A stretch of 64,000 bases of DNA from Minisyncoccia bacterium (GCA_044228445.1 JBGAUV010000001.1:15827-79826); one strand, 5' to 3'; shown: positions 1 to 9,860, numbered from the stretch's first letter. Notes: generated by a model from the letters alone, not told the origin. Translations and numbers: made by a program.

Positions 1-90
1 CTTTTCAATGGCATCATGGTATCCACTATTCAGAGCCTGGTATCTCCCCGATTGAGTTACCAAGTCAATAAAACTGTACGGGAAAATCAT
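1..90 (-). CDS. Hypothetical protein, N-terminal part only (continues left of window)
   Basis: rc of 88..90 is ATG preceded by AGGAGGAAGT (rc of 91..100) at SD-like spacing; open frame to window edge (MIFPYSFIDLVTQSGRYQALNSGYHDAIEK...). Confidence 0.3.
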   Translation of the reverse strand, partial: MIFPYSFIDLVTQSGRYQALNSGYHDAIEK

Positions 91-194
91 ACTTCCTCCT
101 ATTTTTTCTATTGTTATGCGTGCAATTAATTCACCGAAAAACATACCATTTTAGTAAGATTTAGTCAAAAACTTTATTATTATTCTCTGGTATA

Positions 195-1283
195 ATGAAT
201 ATACATATGGAAGATAAAAAATACACTCTTTACACCTCAAATGAAGAAGTATGGAAATCTATTCTTGAGGATTGTAGTAAAGCTGAAAAGAGCATTGATC
301 TTGAACAGTTTATTTTTATTAATGATGAATTCGGAAAAAAGCTTATAGATATTTGCAAAGAAAGAGCTGATAAAGGTGTGAGAGTTAGATTCCTTTGGGA
401 TGCTGGTGGAAGTTTTTCTTTTTCTGGATCTAGTATTATTCAAGAATTAAAAGAAAAGAAAATCGAGCTTATGTTTTGGAAAACTCTTATTCCAAACTAT
501 TTTAATATACCTGACTATAGAGCTTGGTTTTTGAGAAATCACAGAAGAACGATTGTTATAGATAAAAAGATTGGATATACAGGAAGTATATGTATTGAAA
601 CAAAGTTAAAGAATTGGAGAGATACAAATGTAAGATTGCAAGGTTTGGTAGTAAAAGAAATGGCTCAAGCATTCAATAGAATGTGGATGAGAGCGAGAAG
701 ACAAACTCCCCTACCTCCATACATGGACCCAAAGGATCCAGAATTTAACTATGTTACAAATAACCCAACTCCAGGAAGAAGGTATATGTATTCTGCTTTA
801 CTTGAAGCAATTAGAAATGCTAGATCTTATATTTATATAACTACACCATATTTTGCACCAACAGCGAGATTGGCTAGAGTAATAAAACTTGCTGCACATA
901 GAAAAGTCGACGTAAGGATATTAATACCAGAAAAATCAGATCATTTTATAGTTGATCTTGGTGCTAGATCATATTTTGATACTTTACTCAGATCTGGAGT
1001 TAGAATATTTTTATATTCTGGAAATATGATTCATAGTAAAGCTATTGTTATTGATGGTAAATGGGCTAGTGTAGGTACTCTAAACATGGATAGCGCTAGT
1101 CTTTTATACAACTTTGAAGCAAATATAGTTACGAGCAATAGTAAGTTTGCTGAAGAAATAGTCTCTCATTTTGTGCATGATACACAAGAATCAAGTGAAG
1201 TATTGCTTGATGAATGGAGAAAAAGATTTTTCTTAGAAAAGATACTGGAATTATTGATAAGGTTAATAAGGAAATTTCTATAG
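195..1283 (+). CDS. cls: Phospholipase D / cardiolipin synthase family protein (two HKD-type motifs; first motif has K->R)
   Basis: Motifs NHRRTIVIDKK...GS and HSKAIVIDGKWASVGTLNMD match the duplicated HxKx4D(x6)GS PLD signature. Confidence 0.75.
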   Translation: MNIHMEDKKYTLYTSNEEVWKSILEDCSKAEKSIDLEQFIFINDEFGKKLIDICKERADKGVRVRFLWDAGGSFSFSGSSIIQELKEKKIELMFWKTLIPNYFNIPDYRAWFLRNHRRTIVIDKKIGYTGSICIETKLKNWRDTNVRLQGLVVKEMAQAFNRMWMRARRQTPLPPYMDPKDPEFNYVTNNPTPGRRYMYSALLEAIRNARSYIYITTPYFAPTARLARVIKLAAHRKVDVRILIPEKSDHFIVDLGARSYFDTLLRSGVRIFLYSGNMIHSKAIVIDGKWASVGTLNMDSASLLYNFEANIVTSNSKFAEEIVSHFVHDTQESSEVLLDEWRKRFFLEKILELLIRLIRKFL

Positions 1284-1358
1284 CATATATTATATATATA
1301 ACTATAATTGCCAAAAAAGGCCTAATATGCTATAAATAAAGCTCAAATAAGACTCAAA

Positions 1359-1868
1359 TTGACTCCTAGAGTAAAAATAAATCATCAAATAAAAGCACCT
1401 GAACTAAGGGTTATAACAACCGATGGAGAAAACCTTGGGGTTATTTCTCTTACTCGCGCACTTGAAGAAGCAAAGCTTAGAAATCTAGACCTAATTGAAA
1501 TATCACCTACCGCCACTCCACCAGTTGCAAAAATCATGGATTATGGTAAATTTCAGTATGACGAAAAGAAGAAACAGAAGGTTGCAAAATCCCGCTCTGT
1601 TACGTCAGATCTCAAAAATATACAGGTAAAAATAGGTACAGGAGAGCACGATCTAGAGCTAAAAGCCAAGAAAGCATCAGAATGGCTAAAAGAAGGCAAT
1701 AGAGTGAAGATAGACCTATTTCTCGTTGGAAGATCAAAATACATGGACCAAAACTTCCTAAAGGAACGTATGGAGCGTATTCTAAAGCTCATTACGGTCG
1801 AGTATAAAATATCTAGCGAACCTACAAAGAGTCTTAAAGGCTTAACAGCAATAATTGAGAAAAAATAG
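1359..1868 (+). CDS. infC: Translation initiation factor IF-3 (non-ATG start: TTG at 1359, or in-frame ATA at 1347)
   Basis: ELRVI..GE.LGVISL..AL..A....LDL.EISP.A.PPV.KIMDYGKF.Y is the IF-3 N/C-domain signature; followed by rpmI-rplT as in the canonical operon. Confidence 0.9.
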   Translation: MTPRVKINHQIKAPELRVITTDGENLGVISLTRALEEAKLRNLDLIEISPTATPPVAKIMDYGKFQYDEKKKQKVAKSRSVTSDLKNIQVKIGTGEHDLELKAKKASEWLKEGNRVKIDLFLVGRSKYMDQNFLKERMERILKLITVEYKISSEPTKSLKGLTAIIEKK

Positions 1869-1890
1869 CATAGCTATTAATTATAATTTT

Positions 1891-2079
1891 ATGAAATCAA
1901 ATAAATCATATTTAAAGAGACTAAAGATAACAAAGAACGGTAAGATTCTTGCTAGAAGAACTGGCCAAAACCATTTCAATTCAAAAGAAAGCAGACGTTC
2001 ACAACTAAAGAAGAAAAATTCTATGGTTCCTTTTCATATGACACCAAAGGAGAAGAGTCGCTTCCTAGTAAATGCATAA
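1891..2079 (+). CDS. rpmI: 50S ribosomal protein L35 (start moved to internal Met; track ORF 1855 would overlap infC)
   Basis: Small basic protein MKSNKSYLKRLKITKNGKILARR... between infC and rplT. Confidence 0.75.
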   Translation: MKSNKSYLKRLKITKNGKILARRTGQNHFNSKESRRSQLKKKNSMVPFHMTPKEKSRFLVNA

Positions 2080-2105
2080 TAAGAATTTAATTTAATAAAA
2101 ATACC

Positions 2106-2456
2106 ATGGCAAGAGTAAAAAAGGGTGTAAATGCACTAAAAACAAGAAGAAATATATTAAGACAAGTAAAGGGTTATCGTTTCCGCAGAAGTAAAACAGA
2201 AAGAGCAGCTTATGAAGCTATTTCACATGCTGGTACTTATGCTTTTGCTCACAGAAGAGATAAAAAGGGTGATTATAGAAAACTATGGAATGTACGCATA
2301 AATGCTGCACTTAGAGCTATAAACCCAGAATATTCTTACAGCAAGTTTATAGGAGGTCTAAAGAAGAATAATATTGCTCTAGATAGAAAGTCACTTTCAA
2401 ATCTAGCAAATATTGCTCCAAAGGCTTTTGAAATGATAGCAAAGAAAGTAGCTTAA
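2106..2456 (+). CDS. rplT: 50S ribosomal protein L20
   Basis: MARVKKGV.A.K.RR.IL...KGYRF..SK.ER.A.EA..HAG.YAF..RR.KK..YR.LW..RINAA matches L20. Confidence 0.9.
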   Translation: MARVKKGVNALKTRRNILRQVKGYRFRRSKTERAAYEAISHAGTYAFAHRRDKKGDYRKLWNVRINAALRAINPEYSYSKFIGGLKKNNIALDRKSLSNLANIAPKAFEMIAKKVA

Positions 2457-2478
2457 TAATAAATAAGCTAAACAAACA

Positions 2479-2506
2479 AAAACCACCTCTCGGTGGTTTT
2501 TGTTTT
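2479..2506. terminator. Intrinsic terminator hairpin (ccacc-tctc-ggtgg) with flanking A/T runs, usable by both convergent genes
   Basis: aaaaaccacctctcggtggtttttgtttt read directly. Confidence 0.5.
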
Positions 2507-2514
2507 ATATTCAA

Positions 2515-3882
2515 TTATTCTAGTTCATATGTCTTTGCAACCTCGGGACAAACTGCTTGTATACCAAGTTCATCTTTTATTCTTTGACTTAAAAATGTAG
2601 AACTCTTAAACTCCCCCATTACCACAAAAGCCTTTTTTAGAGTATTTTGTGCAGTATTAACAAACTCTACAAGATGATCACTATCTTTATGTGATGAATA
2701 ACCAAGTATTGAATCTATATGAGCTTTTACTTTTATAGTGTCATGACCTATCTTTATTTTTTTATCTCCATCAAGTAAATGTCTTCCTATAGTTCCAAGA
2801 GTCTGATAACCAACTAGAAGTATAGTACTGTTTGGATCAGGTAAATATATTTCTTCATGTCTTATAACTCTACCGCCAACTGACATACCAGAACCAGCTA
2901 TTATGATCTTCGGACCGGGTACTCTTTCTAAACTTCTTGATTCTTCTGAGCCGTGAGTATATATAAGTTTTGGGAAAGAAAAGATATCATCACCATCATT
3001 TATTTGTTTTCTAGTATTTTCATTAAAATTTTCTTCACCTCTTTTATACACTTCTGTTATTCTAGTTGCCAAAGGAGAATCCACATAAACTGGAATACTA
3101 GGTATTTCTCTATTTTCAATAAGGTTATTCATTTCATAAATCAAAACTTGTGTTCTTTCTAAAGAAAAAGCGGGTATAACTAGTGTACCTTTTTTATGAA
3201 TAGTATCATTTATTGTTTGTTTTAATTTTTCAATTCTTTCTGATTTTGGTTCATGATTTCTATCACCATAAACACTTTCCATAACCACATAATCAGCACC
3301 TTGTATTGATTCAGTATCACGTAAAAGTGGACTAGGTGAATTACCCAAATCTCCAGTAAATACAACCTTTCTGTCTTGACCATTCTTTTTATATTTAAAT
3401 TCAAACATACTTGCTCCAAGTATATGTCCTGAATCTTTTAAATAGACACTAAAATCTCCAAAATTATGATCAGTATGATATCCTATAGTTTTCCAATTAT
3501 TAAAGGATTTTCTCATATCTGATTCACTGTATAGAGGTTCAAGTCCTTGTTCATTTGCATTCTTTTGTAATATCATAACCGCATCCTCAAGTATCAATTC
3601 AGCAAGTGCTTTTGTTTCATTTGTAGAATAAATTTCTCCAACAAAACCCTCTTTTATTAACTTTGGAATTCTTCCAACATGATCAAGATGAGCATGTGTA
3701 ACAAAAAGCATATCAATAGTCTTTGGATCATAACCAAATGGCAATCTATTATCCTCCATTGCTTCTCTTTCACCTTGAACCAAACCACAATCAACTAGCA
3801 TTCTCTTATTACCAAGTTCAAATAGAAAGTTAGCTCCTGTAACACTACCAACTCCCGTATAAAAAGTTATTTTTGAATTCAT
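2515..3882 (-). CDS. MBL-fold beta-CASP ribonuclease (RNase J-like / CPSF-like)
   Basis: HxHxDH motif (VTHAHLDHVGRIP) in N-terminal MBL domain, 455 aa with beta-CASP-like middle region. Confidence 0.65.
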   Translation of the reverse strand: MNSKITFYTGVGSVTGANFLFELGNKRMLVDCGLVQGEREAMEDNRLPFGYDPKTIDMLFVTHAHLDHVGRIPKLIKEGFVGEIYSTNETKALAELILEDAVMILQKNANEQGLEPLYSESDMRKSFNNWKTIGYHTDHNFGDFSVYLKDSGHILGASMFEFKYKKNGQDRKVVFTGDLGNSPSPLLRDTESIQGADYVVMESVYGDRNHEPKSERIEKLKQTINDTIHKKGTLVIPAFSLERTQVLIYEMNNLIENREIPSIPVYVDSPLATRITEVYKRGEENFNENTRKQINDGDDIFSFPKLIYTHGSEESRSLERVPGPKIIIAGSGMSVGGRVIRHEEIYLPDPNSTILLVGYQTLGTIGRHLLDGDKKIKIGHDTIKVKAHIDSILGYSSHKDSDHLVEFVNTAQNTLKKAFVVMGEFKSSTFLSQRIKDELGIQAVCPEVAKTYELE

Positions 3883-4292
3883 TTTTTAATTTTATTAAGA
3901 AAAAACAGAGAAATAAAAGCACCTATAGTGTCATCGATCAAATCCTTAACAGTATCAAAATAATAAGCTCCTGAACCAACTGGAGCACTAGCAATATCAT
4001 AATAGGCCTCAATTCCTTCCCATAATAGACCCGCTATAAAAGTAAAAATTACAACATATATAAATATAGTTTTATTTGTACTCTTTTTTGATACTGTCTT
4101 AAGAAACCAAAACACAGAGAGACCAATTCCTATACCACCTAATATATGCATCATAATGTCATACCACCATATATTGTTATAAAAACCATACTCTGAACCT
4201 AATATATGAAGTACAAATACAAGCAACAGAACAAGAATCGCGGGTATATATGTTTTATTCATAAAGACTATTATACACAAAAATAAAAACAC
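3879..4292 (-). CDS. Small polytopic membrane protein, unknown function
   Basis: About 4 hydrophobic segments; no recognised motif. Confidence 0.4.
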   Translation of the reverse strand: MFLFLCIIVFMNKTYIPAILVLLLVFVLHILGSEYGFYNNIWWYDIMMHILGGIGIGLSVFWFLKTVSKKSTNKTIFIYVVIFTFIAGLLWEGIEAYYDIASAPVGSGAYYFDTVKDLIDDTIGAFISLFFLNKIKK

Positions 4293-4493
4293 CTGCCCCT
4301 TTTGAAGCAGATGATTTTATTAGGCTACTGGAGTATTAGACCTAGTTAGACTAGGTGGGTGTCCTCAGACAATACACCACGGTGTATGACAATTTGAACT
4401 CCCAAAATATAAGTTAAGGATTAATACTCCCGTAACCTATAGTCATTATAAAACTTAAAAAATAGAATACAATAGACGAAGTGGATAAACTGT

Positions 4494-5105
4494 TTATTCT
4501 TTTTTACCATCCATATTTACATCATATAAAATTCTTTCATTCATATGAATATAATCAAAAATCTCTCCATCTTTAAACCAATGTTTAATTTCATTTTCAG
4601 CTTCTTTTACTGAACTTGAAGCATGAACTACATTTCTAACTGCTCTATTTGCATCATCAGCTAGTTTATAAGAATCCAAAACAAAATCACCTCTAATAGT
4701 TCCTACATCAGATACTAAAGGTTCTGTACTACCTACTATTTTTCTAACTATAGCAACAGAATGAGCTCCTTCAAGAACAAAAGCTATTATTGGACCACTA
4801 GTTAAATATTTCTTTAATTTCGAAAGTATTATCTCTGTAACTTTAAGTGGTTCGCCTTTTAATGGGTGAATCATTCCTTTTTCTTCATATGCTTTTATAT
4901 TTTTCTCTCCAGTTATTCTTCTCCATTCTGGATCAAGTGTATAGTGTTGTTCAATCAATTCATCACTAGCAATCATCATTTTCATACCAACTATTTTTAA
5001 ACCCACTTTTTCAAAACGACCAATTACCTCACCTACAAGTGACCTCTGTACTCCATCCGGTTTTATAATTACTAGTGTTCTTTCCTTTTTTGGGTGTAAT
5101 GTCAT
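4494..5105 (-). CDS. ndk: Nucleoside diphosphate kinase, unusually long (203 aa) with internal insertion
   Basis: TLVIIKPDGVQR.LVGEVIGRFEK.G..IVGMK and NVVHASSS (NxxHGSD variant) motifs. Confidence 0.75.
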   Translation of the reverse strand: MTLHPKKERTLVIIKPDGVQRSLVGEVIGRFEKVGLKIVGMKMMIASDELIEQHYTLDPEWRRITGEKNIKAYEEKGMIHPLKGEPLKVTEIILSKLKKYLTSGPIIAFVLEGAHSVAIVRKIVGSTEPLVSDVGTIRGDFVLDSYKLADDANRAVRNVVHASSSVKEAENEIKHWFKDGEIFDYIHMNERILYDVNMDGKKE

Positions 5106-5112
5106 ATATAAG

Positions 5113-5880
5113 TTATATGGTTAATATTTCCGGCTCTCCTTTTGTAATGACTACTGTATGCTCAAAATGTGCACTTACACTGCCATCTTTTGTTCTATAT
5201 GTGTAACCATCCTTATCTAAAACCACATGTCTACTACCTAGATTAAACATAGGTTCAATTGCCAAAACCATACCTGGAACCAATCTTTCCCCAGTTCCAG
5301 GTTCACCGTAGTTTGGTATTGCAGGATCTTCATGGACAGAATATCCAACGCCATGACCACAAAGTTCTTCAACTATTCCATAACCACCCATAATTCCAAC
5401 TTTCTCTATACTTGAACTTATATCACCTACCCTTTTACCTCCTTTACCAGATTTTATACCAGCCATTAAAGCCTTTTTTGTAATCTCTAGTAAAAGCAAT
5501 TTATCAGTGGAAACATTACCTACAGGAACAGTTACTGCCATATCAGTTACTAGGCCCTTATGAGTTAAAGCAAAATCTAAACTAACTATATCTCCATCTT
5601 TTAAAATTCTTGGATTCTCATTTGGTATACCATGAACAATTTCATCATTTACTGATATACATGTTGAAGCTGGATAAGCTCTATGCGCACCTCTTGGAGT
5701 AAAGTTCAAAATCGATGGTTCATCACCACCCTCAATTATCATATTATGAGCAAATTTATCTAGAGCTTCAGTTGAAACACCTGGAGTAATGAGATTAATT
5801 AATTGTCTCATTATTTCAGCATGCCTTTTACCTCCCTCTCTTAAAATAGCTATTTCTTCTTTTGTCTTTATACTTACCAT
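5113..5880 (-). CDS. map: Methionine aminopeptidase type I
   Basis: MAP-I fold signature residues (D..D..H..E..E context: FTPRGAH..., HGIPN, VGDISSSIE, GHGVG, HFEHTV). Confidence 0.9.
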   Translation of the reverse strand: MVSIKTKEEIAILREGGKRHAEIMRQLINLITPGVSTEALDKFAHNMIIEGGDEPSILNFTPRGAHRAYPASTCISVNDEIVHGIPNENPRILKDGDIVSLDFALTHKGLVTDMAVTVPVGNVSTDKLLLLEITKKALMAGIKSGKGGKRVGDISSSIEKVGIMGGYGIVEELCGHGVGYSVHEDPAIPNYGEPGTGERLVPGMVLAIEPMFNLGSRHVVLDKDGYTYRTKDGSVSAHFEHTVVITKGEPEILTI

Positions 5881-5884
5881 TAAA

Positions 5885-6484
5885 TTATAAAAGTTTTGAT
5901 TTTTCTATTATTTCTCTGTGTATTTCATCGATAGATTTTTCTCCATTTATAGATATAAAGTTATAATCACTATTAGTTCTATAATAATCTACTGCAGGTA
6001 CTACATCGCTATAATAAAAGTCCAATCTCTCATTTATATCATCGACATTATCATCAAATCGCTTTCTAGCCAAGAGCCTCTTCATTGCCTCTTCTCTAGT
6101 TATATCTATAAATATAACATTCGGTTTTTCAAGTTTATAGAATTTAAAAACGGTATCCATAACTAATGCTTCTCTATATGTTCTAGGAGAACCATCCATT
6201 ATTAGGTGACCATCTGGGGTAAAGTGTTTTATTAATTCATGGGACCAGATATGTATTGCTAAAAAAGAAGGTAAAATACGTCCAGCATCGTATATATTTT
6301 TCGCTAGCCTTTGTGTATAACTATCTCCTTTTATAAAATCTCTGAAAAGTCCCCCACTTTGAATATTGAGTATATTATTCTCTTTATTTAAACTGTATAA
6401 ATAATTTTCTAATAATCCTATCTGTGTACCTTTTCCGCAACCAGAAATTCCAATAAATATAAAAGATTTTTGTGGCATATTCAT
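5885..6484 (-). CDS. adk: Adenylate kinase
   Basis: P-loop FIGISGCGKGTQ at N-terminus; position secY-adk-map. Confidence 0.8.
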   Translation of the reverse strand: MNMPQKSFIFIGISGCGKGTQIGLLENYLYSLNKENNILNIQSGGLFRDFIKGDSYTQRLAKNIYDAGRILPSFLAIHIWSHELIKHFTPDGHLIMDGSPRTYREALVMDTVFKFYKLEKPNVIFIDITREEAMKRLLARKRFDDNVDDINERLDFYYSDVVPAVDYYRTNSDYNFISINGEKSIDEIHREIIEKSKLL

Positions 6485-6517
6485 ATGCCTATATTATATC
6501 TTTATTTTATTAAAATC

Positions 6518-7792
6518 CTAATACTCTCTTATACTTGCTTGAGCGTCTATCTTCTTTAATAGATCTAGAACTACTGACACTACGATAAGTAATGCTGTAC
6601 CTCCAATTGCCAAAGATTGATTACCACTGAATGATTGCATTATAACAGGTAGAACTGCTATGAAACCCAAGAATAGCGCACCTACTAGTGTTATACGAGT
6701 AACTATCTTTCCAAGATAATTTTGAGTTGATTCACCTGGACGAACTCCCGGTATGAATGCTCCACCCTTTTGTAGATTTTCAGATATCATCTTTGGATCA
6801 AAGGTAACTGCTGTGTAGAAATATGTAAATATAAATACCAAGAAGAAATACATAATTCCATGGGCTGTTGTATTTGCCAAGAAATCAGAAATTGTTGTTG
6901 CTATACTTGATACTGTTACATTGGATACGCTTGAAAAATACTTTGCTATCATCTGTGGGAATAGAAGTATAGATAGAGCAAATATAATTGGAATAACACC
7001 AGCTTGATTTAGACGAAGTGGAAGATATGTTGATGTACCTCCATAAACCTTATTTCCTCTAACTTGTTTTGCATATGTAACAGAAACCGGTCTTTCTGCT
7101 TCAGTTATAACCACCACAGACAATACTACTAGAATAGATATAATAGCGAATATTAAATAGAATGGGATTTGTGCTGAATCAAAACCTGCGAAGAATTGCA
7201 TAATCTTTGTTGGTAAAACCGCAATAATACCAGCGAATATTATAAGTGACACTCCATTACCTATTCCAAATTCTGAAACAATTTCTCCAAGCCACATTAG
7301 GAATACTGATCCTGCTGTAATAACCGCCAAGTTCACAATCATATCCATACTTGTCATTGAACCTGATATAACACCTTGTGTCTTTAGTAGAGAGAGGAAA
7401 GCAAAACCTTGTAGTAAAGCTAGAGGTACTGACAATAGTCTTGAATAATTTGAAAGCTTTTGTCTACCTAGATCTCCTTCTTCTTGCATCATAGCTTTCA
7501 TACTTGGGAACATCATTGTAAAAAGCTGTATGATAATTGAAGCTGTTATATACGGACCAACTCCAAGCATAACTATAGATAATCTAGATATTCCTCCTCC
7601 AGAAAATACATCTAGAAGACCGAAGAATTGATTTGTAGCTAATAATCTTTCCAAACTAGGTATATCTATACCTGGTATAGGAATTGTTGAAAGTAATCTA
7701 AATATTACCAATGCACCTAGTGTAAATAGGATGCGCTTTCTCATCATAGGGTCCTTTAATACTGTAGAAATTTTTTGAAAAAATGTATTCAT
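6518..7792 (-). CDS. secY: Preprotein translocase subunit SecY
   Basis: 10-TM profile, 424 aa, immediately downstream of rplO. Confidence 0.9.
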   Translation of the reverse strand: MNTFFQKISTVLKDPMMRKRILFTLGALVIFRLLSTIPIPGIDIPSLERLLATNQFFGLLDVFSGGGISRLSIVMLGVGPYITASIIIQLFTMMFPSMKAMMQEEGDLGRQKLSNYSRLLSVPLALLQGFAFLSLLKTQGVISGSMTSMDMIVNLAVITAGSVFLMWLGEIVSEFGIGNGVSLIIFAGIIAVLPTKIMQFFAGFDSAQIPFYLIFAIISILVVLSVVVITEAERPVSVTYAKQVRGNKVYGGTSTYLPLRLNQAGVIPIIFALSILLFPQMIAKYFSSVSNVTVSSIATTISDFLANTTAHGIMYFFLVFIFTYFYTAVTFDPKMISENLQKGGAFIPGVRPGESTQNYLGKIVTRITLVGALFLGFIAVLPVIMQSFSGNQSLAIGGTALLIVVSVVLDLLKKIDAQASIREY

Positions 7793-7846
7793 ATATTTTT
7801 ATACTCTAACTATACCAAATTGAATACAATTGGCTACTTTAGAGTG

Positions 7847-8290
7847 TTATTTTGAAACACTGCCACCTACCTTTTCTATCTTTGTTTTTGCTGATGCTGA
7901 GATCACACAATTTTCAAAACTTAGCTTTTTTGTTATTTCTCCTGTTGCTAGGATTTTTATACTTGGGATTTTACCATTGAATGTGTTCACTATACCCGCT
8001 TCAACTAGAGTCTTTGGATTAACAATTGAACCATTTTGGAATTTTGCTTCAATATCACTAAGATTTACTGGCACAACAAAAGTGCTTATAGATTTATTTG
8101 AATTAACACCACGACCACGAAGCTTTGGAATTCTCTTTATGAAATCTCTCAATTCAGGACGGCGTTTATTACCTGCTCTTGCTGTTTGTCCTTTTCCTCC
8201 ACGACCTGAAGTCTTTCCACGCTTTCCACCACGACCAACAATCATGGTCTTTGTGTTTTTTGTTTTTGGTATAAGTGTATGTATTTGCAT
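7847..8290 (-). CDS. rplO: 50S ribosomal protein L15
   Basis: G/R/K-rich N-terminus (GRGGKRGKTSGRGGKGQTARAG) typical of L15. Confidence 0.9.
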   Translation of the reverse strand: MQIHTLIPKTKNTKTMIVGRGGKRGKTSGRGGKGQTARAGNKRRPELRDFIKRIPKLRGRGVNSNKSISTFVVPVNLSDIEAKFQNGSIVNPKTLVEAGIVNTFNGKIPSIKILATGEITKKLSFENCVISASAKTKIEKVGGSVSK

Positions 8291-8305
8291 GGTATTTTAT
8301 TAAAT

Positions 8306-8941
8306 TTATTTATCGTTTGGTGACTTTGTCATCTTTGTACCTGGGTTTTTTGAAAGCATACTTAGTGCCTTTATTGTTGCACGAGCAATGTTTAATTTGT
8401 TTTTACTTCCAGAAAGAAGTTTTACACAAATATCCTTTACTCCTCCAAGTTCAATTACATTTCTTGCTGAGCTTCCCGCTACAACTCCACGACCCTTTGC
8501 TGGCATCATCATAACTATTGCACTTGAATATTTTGCTTGAATAGCGTGAGGAATAGTCATAGAACTTGAAAGAGGAATTCTTATCATATTCTTTTTTGCA
8601 TCACGAGTAGCTTTATCAATAGCCATTGATGTATCTCCAGACTTTCCAAGTCCAACACCAACTCTACCCTTCTTATCTCCTGAAACTACTGCAACTGAGA
8701 ATGTAAATCTTCTACCTCCGGAAACAACACGAGTAACACGTCTGATATTTATTATCTTTGTATCAAATTCTGGCTTTATTCTTTCCTTTTGTTCACGTGG
8801 TGGTCTTCCTCCGTCTTTTCTATTACCTCTTGGCTTCTTATCAAAAGATCTTGCATCTGTAGGTGCAACTGAAGAAGAAATAGGAGTATTTGGCTTTACT
8901 TCTGTATTTACTGTATTTGTTTGTTTTATTTCTTGTTCCAT
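8306..8941 (-). CDS. rpsE: 30S ribosomal protein S5 (with N-terminal extension)
   Basis: RV.RVVSGGRRF.F...VV.GD..G.VG.G.GK S5 dsRBD signature. Confidence 0.9.
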   Translation of the reverse strand: MEQEIKQTNTVNTEVKPNTPISSSVAPTDARSFDKKPRGNRKDGGRPPREQKERIKPEFDTKIINIRRVTRVVSGGRRFTFSVAVVSGDKKGRVGVGLGKSGDTSMAIDKATRDAKKNMIRIPLSSSMTIPHAIQAKYSSAIVMMMPAKGRGVVAGSSARNVIELGGVKDICVKLLSGSKNKLNIARATIKALSMLSKNPGTKMTKSPNDK

Positions 8942-8946
8942 TTTAT

Positions 8947-9297
8947 TTAAAATATTAGACCACCTTCTCTAGCTCCATCTGCTACAGACTTTATTTTACC
9001 TGTATATAGATAGCCTCCGCGATCAAATACTACCTTTGTAATATTATTTGCTTTTGCTTTCTTTGCAAGTTCTTTTCCTACTTCAAAAGCTTTTTCTGCT
9101 GGAGTCTTTGCTTTTCCATCTTTTGATGAAAAAGATACTAGAGTATGACCTTTTGTATCATCTATTATTTGAGCTGATATATATTTGTGAGATTTGAAAA
9201 CTGAAAGACGTGGTCTATCTGAAGTACCAGAAAGAATAGAGCGAATTCTCTTATGACGTCTTGCTATTTTTAGTTGTTTTTGTTTGCTTGTATTCAT
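8947..9297 (-). CDS. rplR: 50S ribosomal protein L18
   Basis: R.RL.V..S..YI.AQ.IDD..G.TL...S... and FDRGGYLY.GK...A.GAREGGL C-terminus. Confidence 0.85.
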   Translation of the reverse strand: MNTSKQKQLKIARRHKRIRSILSGTSDRPRLSVFKSHKYISAQIIDDTKGHTLVSFSSKDGKAKTPAEKAFEVGKELAKKAKANNITKVVFDRGGYLYTGKIKSVADGAREGGLIF

Positions 9298-9310
9298 ATT
9301 ATTTTCTTAA

Positions 9311-9844
9311 CTAAGCAGCCTTCTTACCTTGCTTACGTCTTATAACTTCTTTTTCATATCTTATACCCTTACCCTTATATGGTTCAGGCTTTTTCATTGA
9401 TCTTATCTTTGCTGCAAATTGACCAACAACTTCACAGTCTATTCCGGAAATAGTAACTATGTTTTTTTCTGCTGTTACCTTTAGACCATTTGGAATTGTA
9501 ACTTTAATTGGGTGTGAAAATCCTAAAGCGAGATTCAATTCACTTCCTTTAACATCAGATTTAAATCCAATACCTTCAATTATAAGTTTCTTTTCATAGA
9601 ACTTATTTACACCTGACATCATATTTTTTATATGTGAAGCATATGTTCCTAAAAGAGCCTTTGTCTGAATAGAATTATTTGCTGGAGAAAGGTTGACTGT
9701 ATTATTTTCAATTACAATATTTACATCGGGACGGAAATCCTTCTTCAATTCTCCTAATGGACCTTTTGCAGAAAATACTCCACCTGTATATGAAACAGTT
9801 GTCTTTTCTGGAATTGTTATTGGTTTTTTTGCTAGACGTGACAT
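9311..9844 (-). CDS. rplF: 50S ribosomal protein L6
   Basis: MSR.AKKPI..P... two-domain L6 pattern, GKG.RY. Confidence 0.9.
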   Translation of the reverse strand: MSRLAKKPITIPEKTTVSYTGGVFSAKGPLGELKKDFRPDVNIVIENNTVNLSPANNSIQTKALLGTYASHIKNMMSGVNKFYEKKLIIEGIGFKSDVKGSELNLALGFSHPIKVTIPNGLKVTAEKNIVTISGIDCEVVGQFAAKIRSMKKPEPYKGKGIRYEKEVIRRKQGKKAA

Positions 9845-9860
9845 GTTTTTATTTTAATTA

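Noticed and set aside
7830-8303. Plus-strand ORF antisense to rplO (and similar antisense ORFs at 11991..12545, 13419..13775, 15289..15612, 17913..18191)
   Set aside because: These are shadow ORFs opposite highly conserved ribosomal protein and EF-Tu genes. They have low-complexity F/L/S-rich translations.
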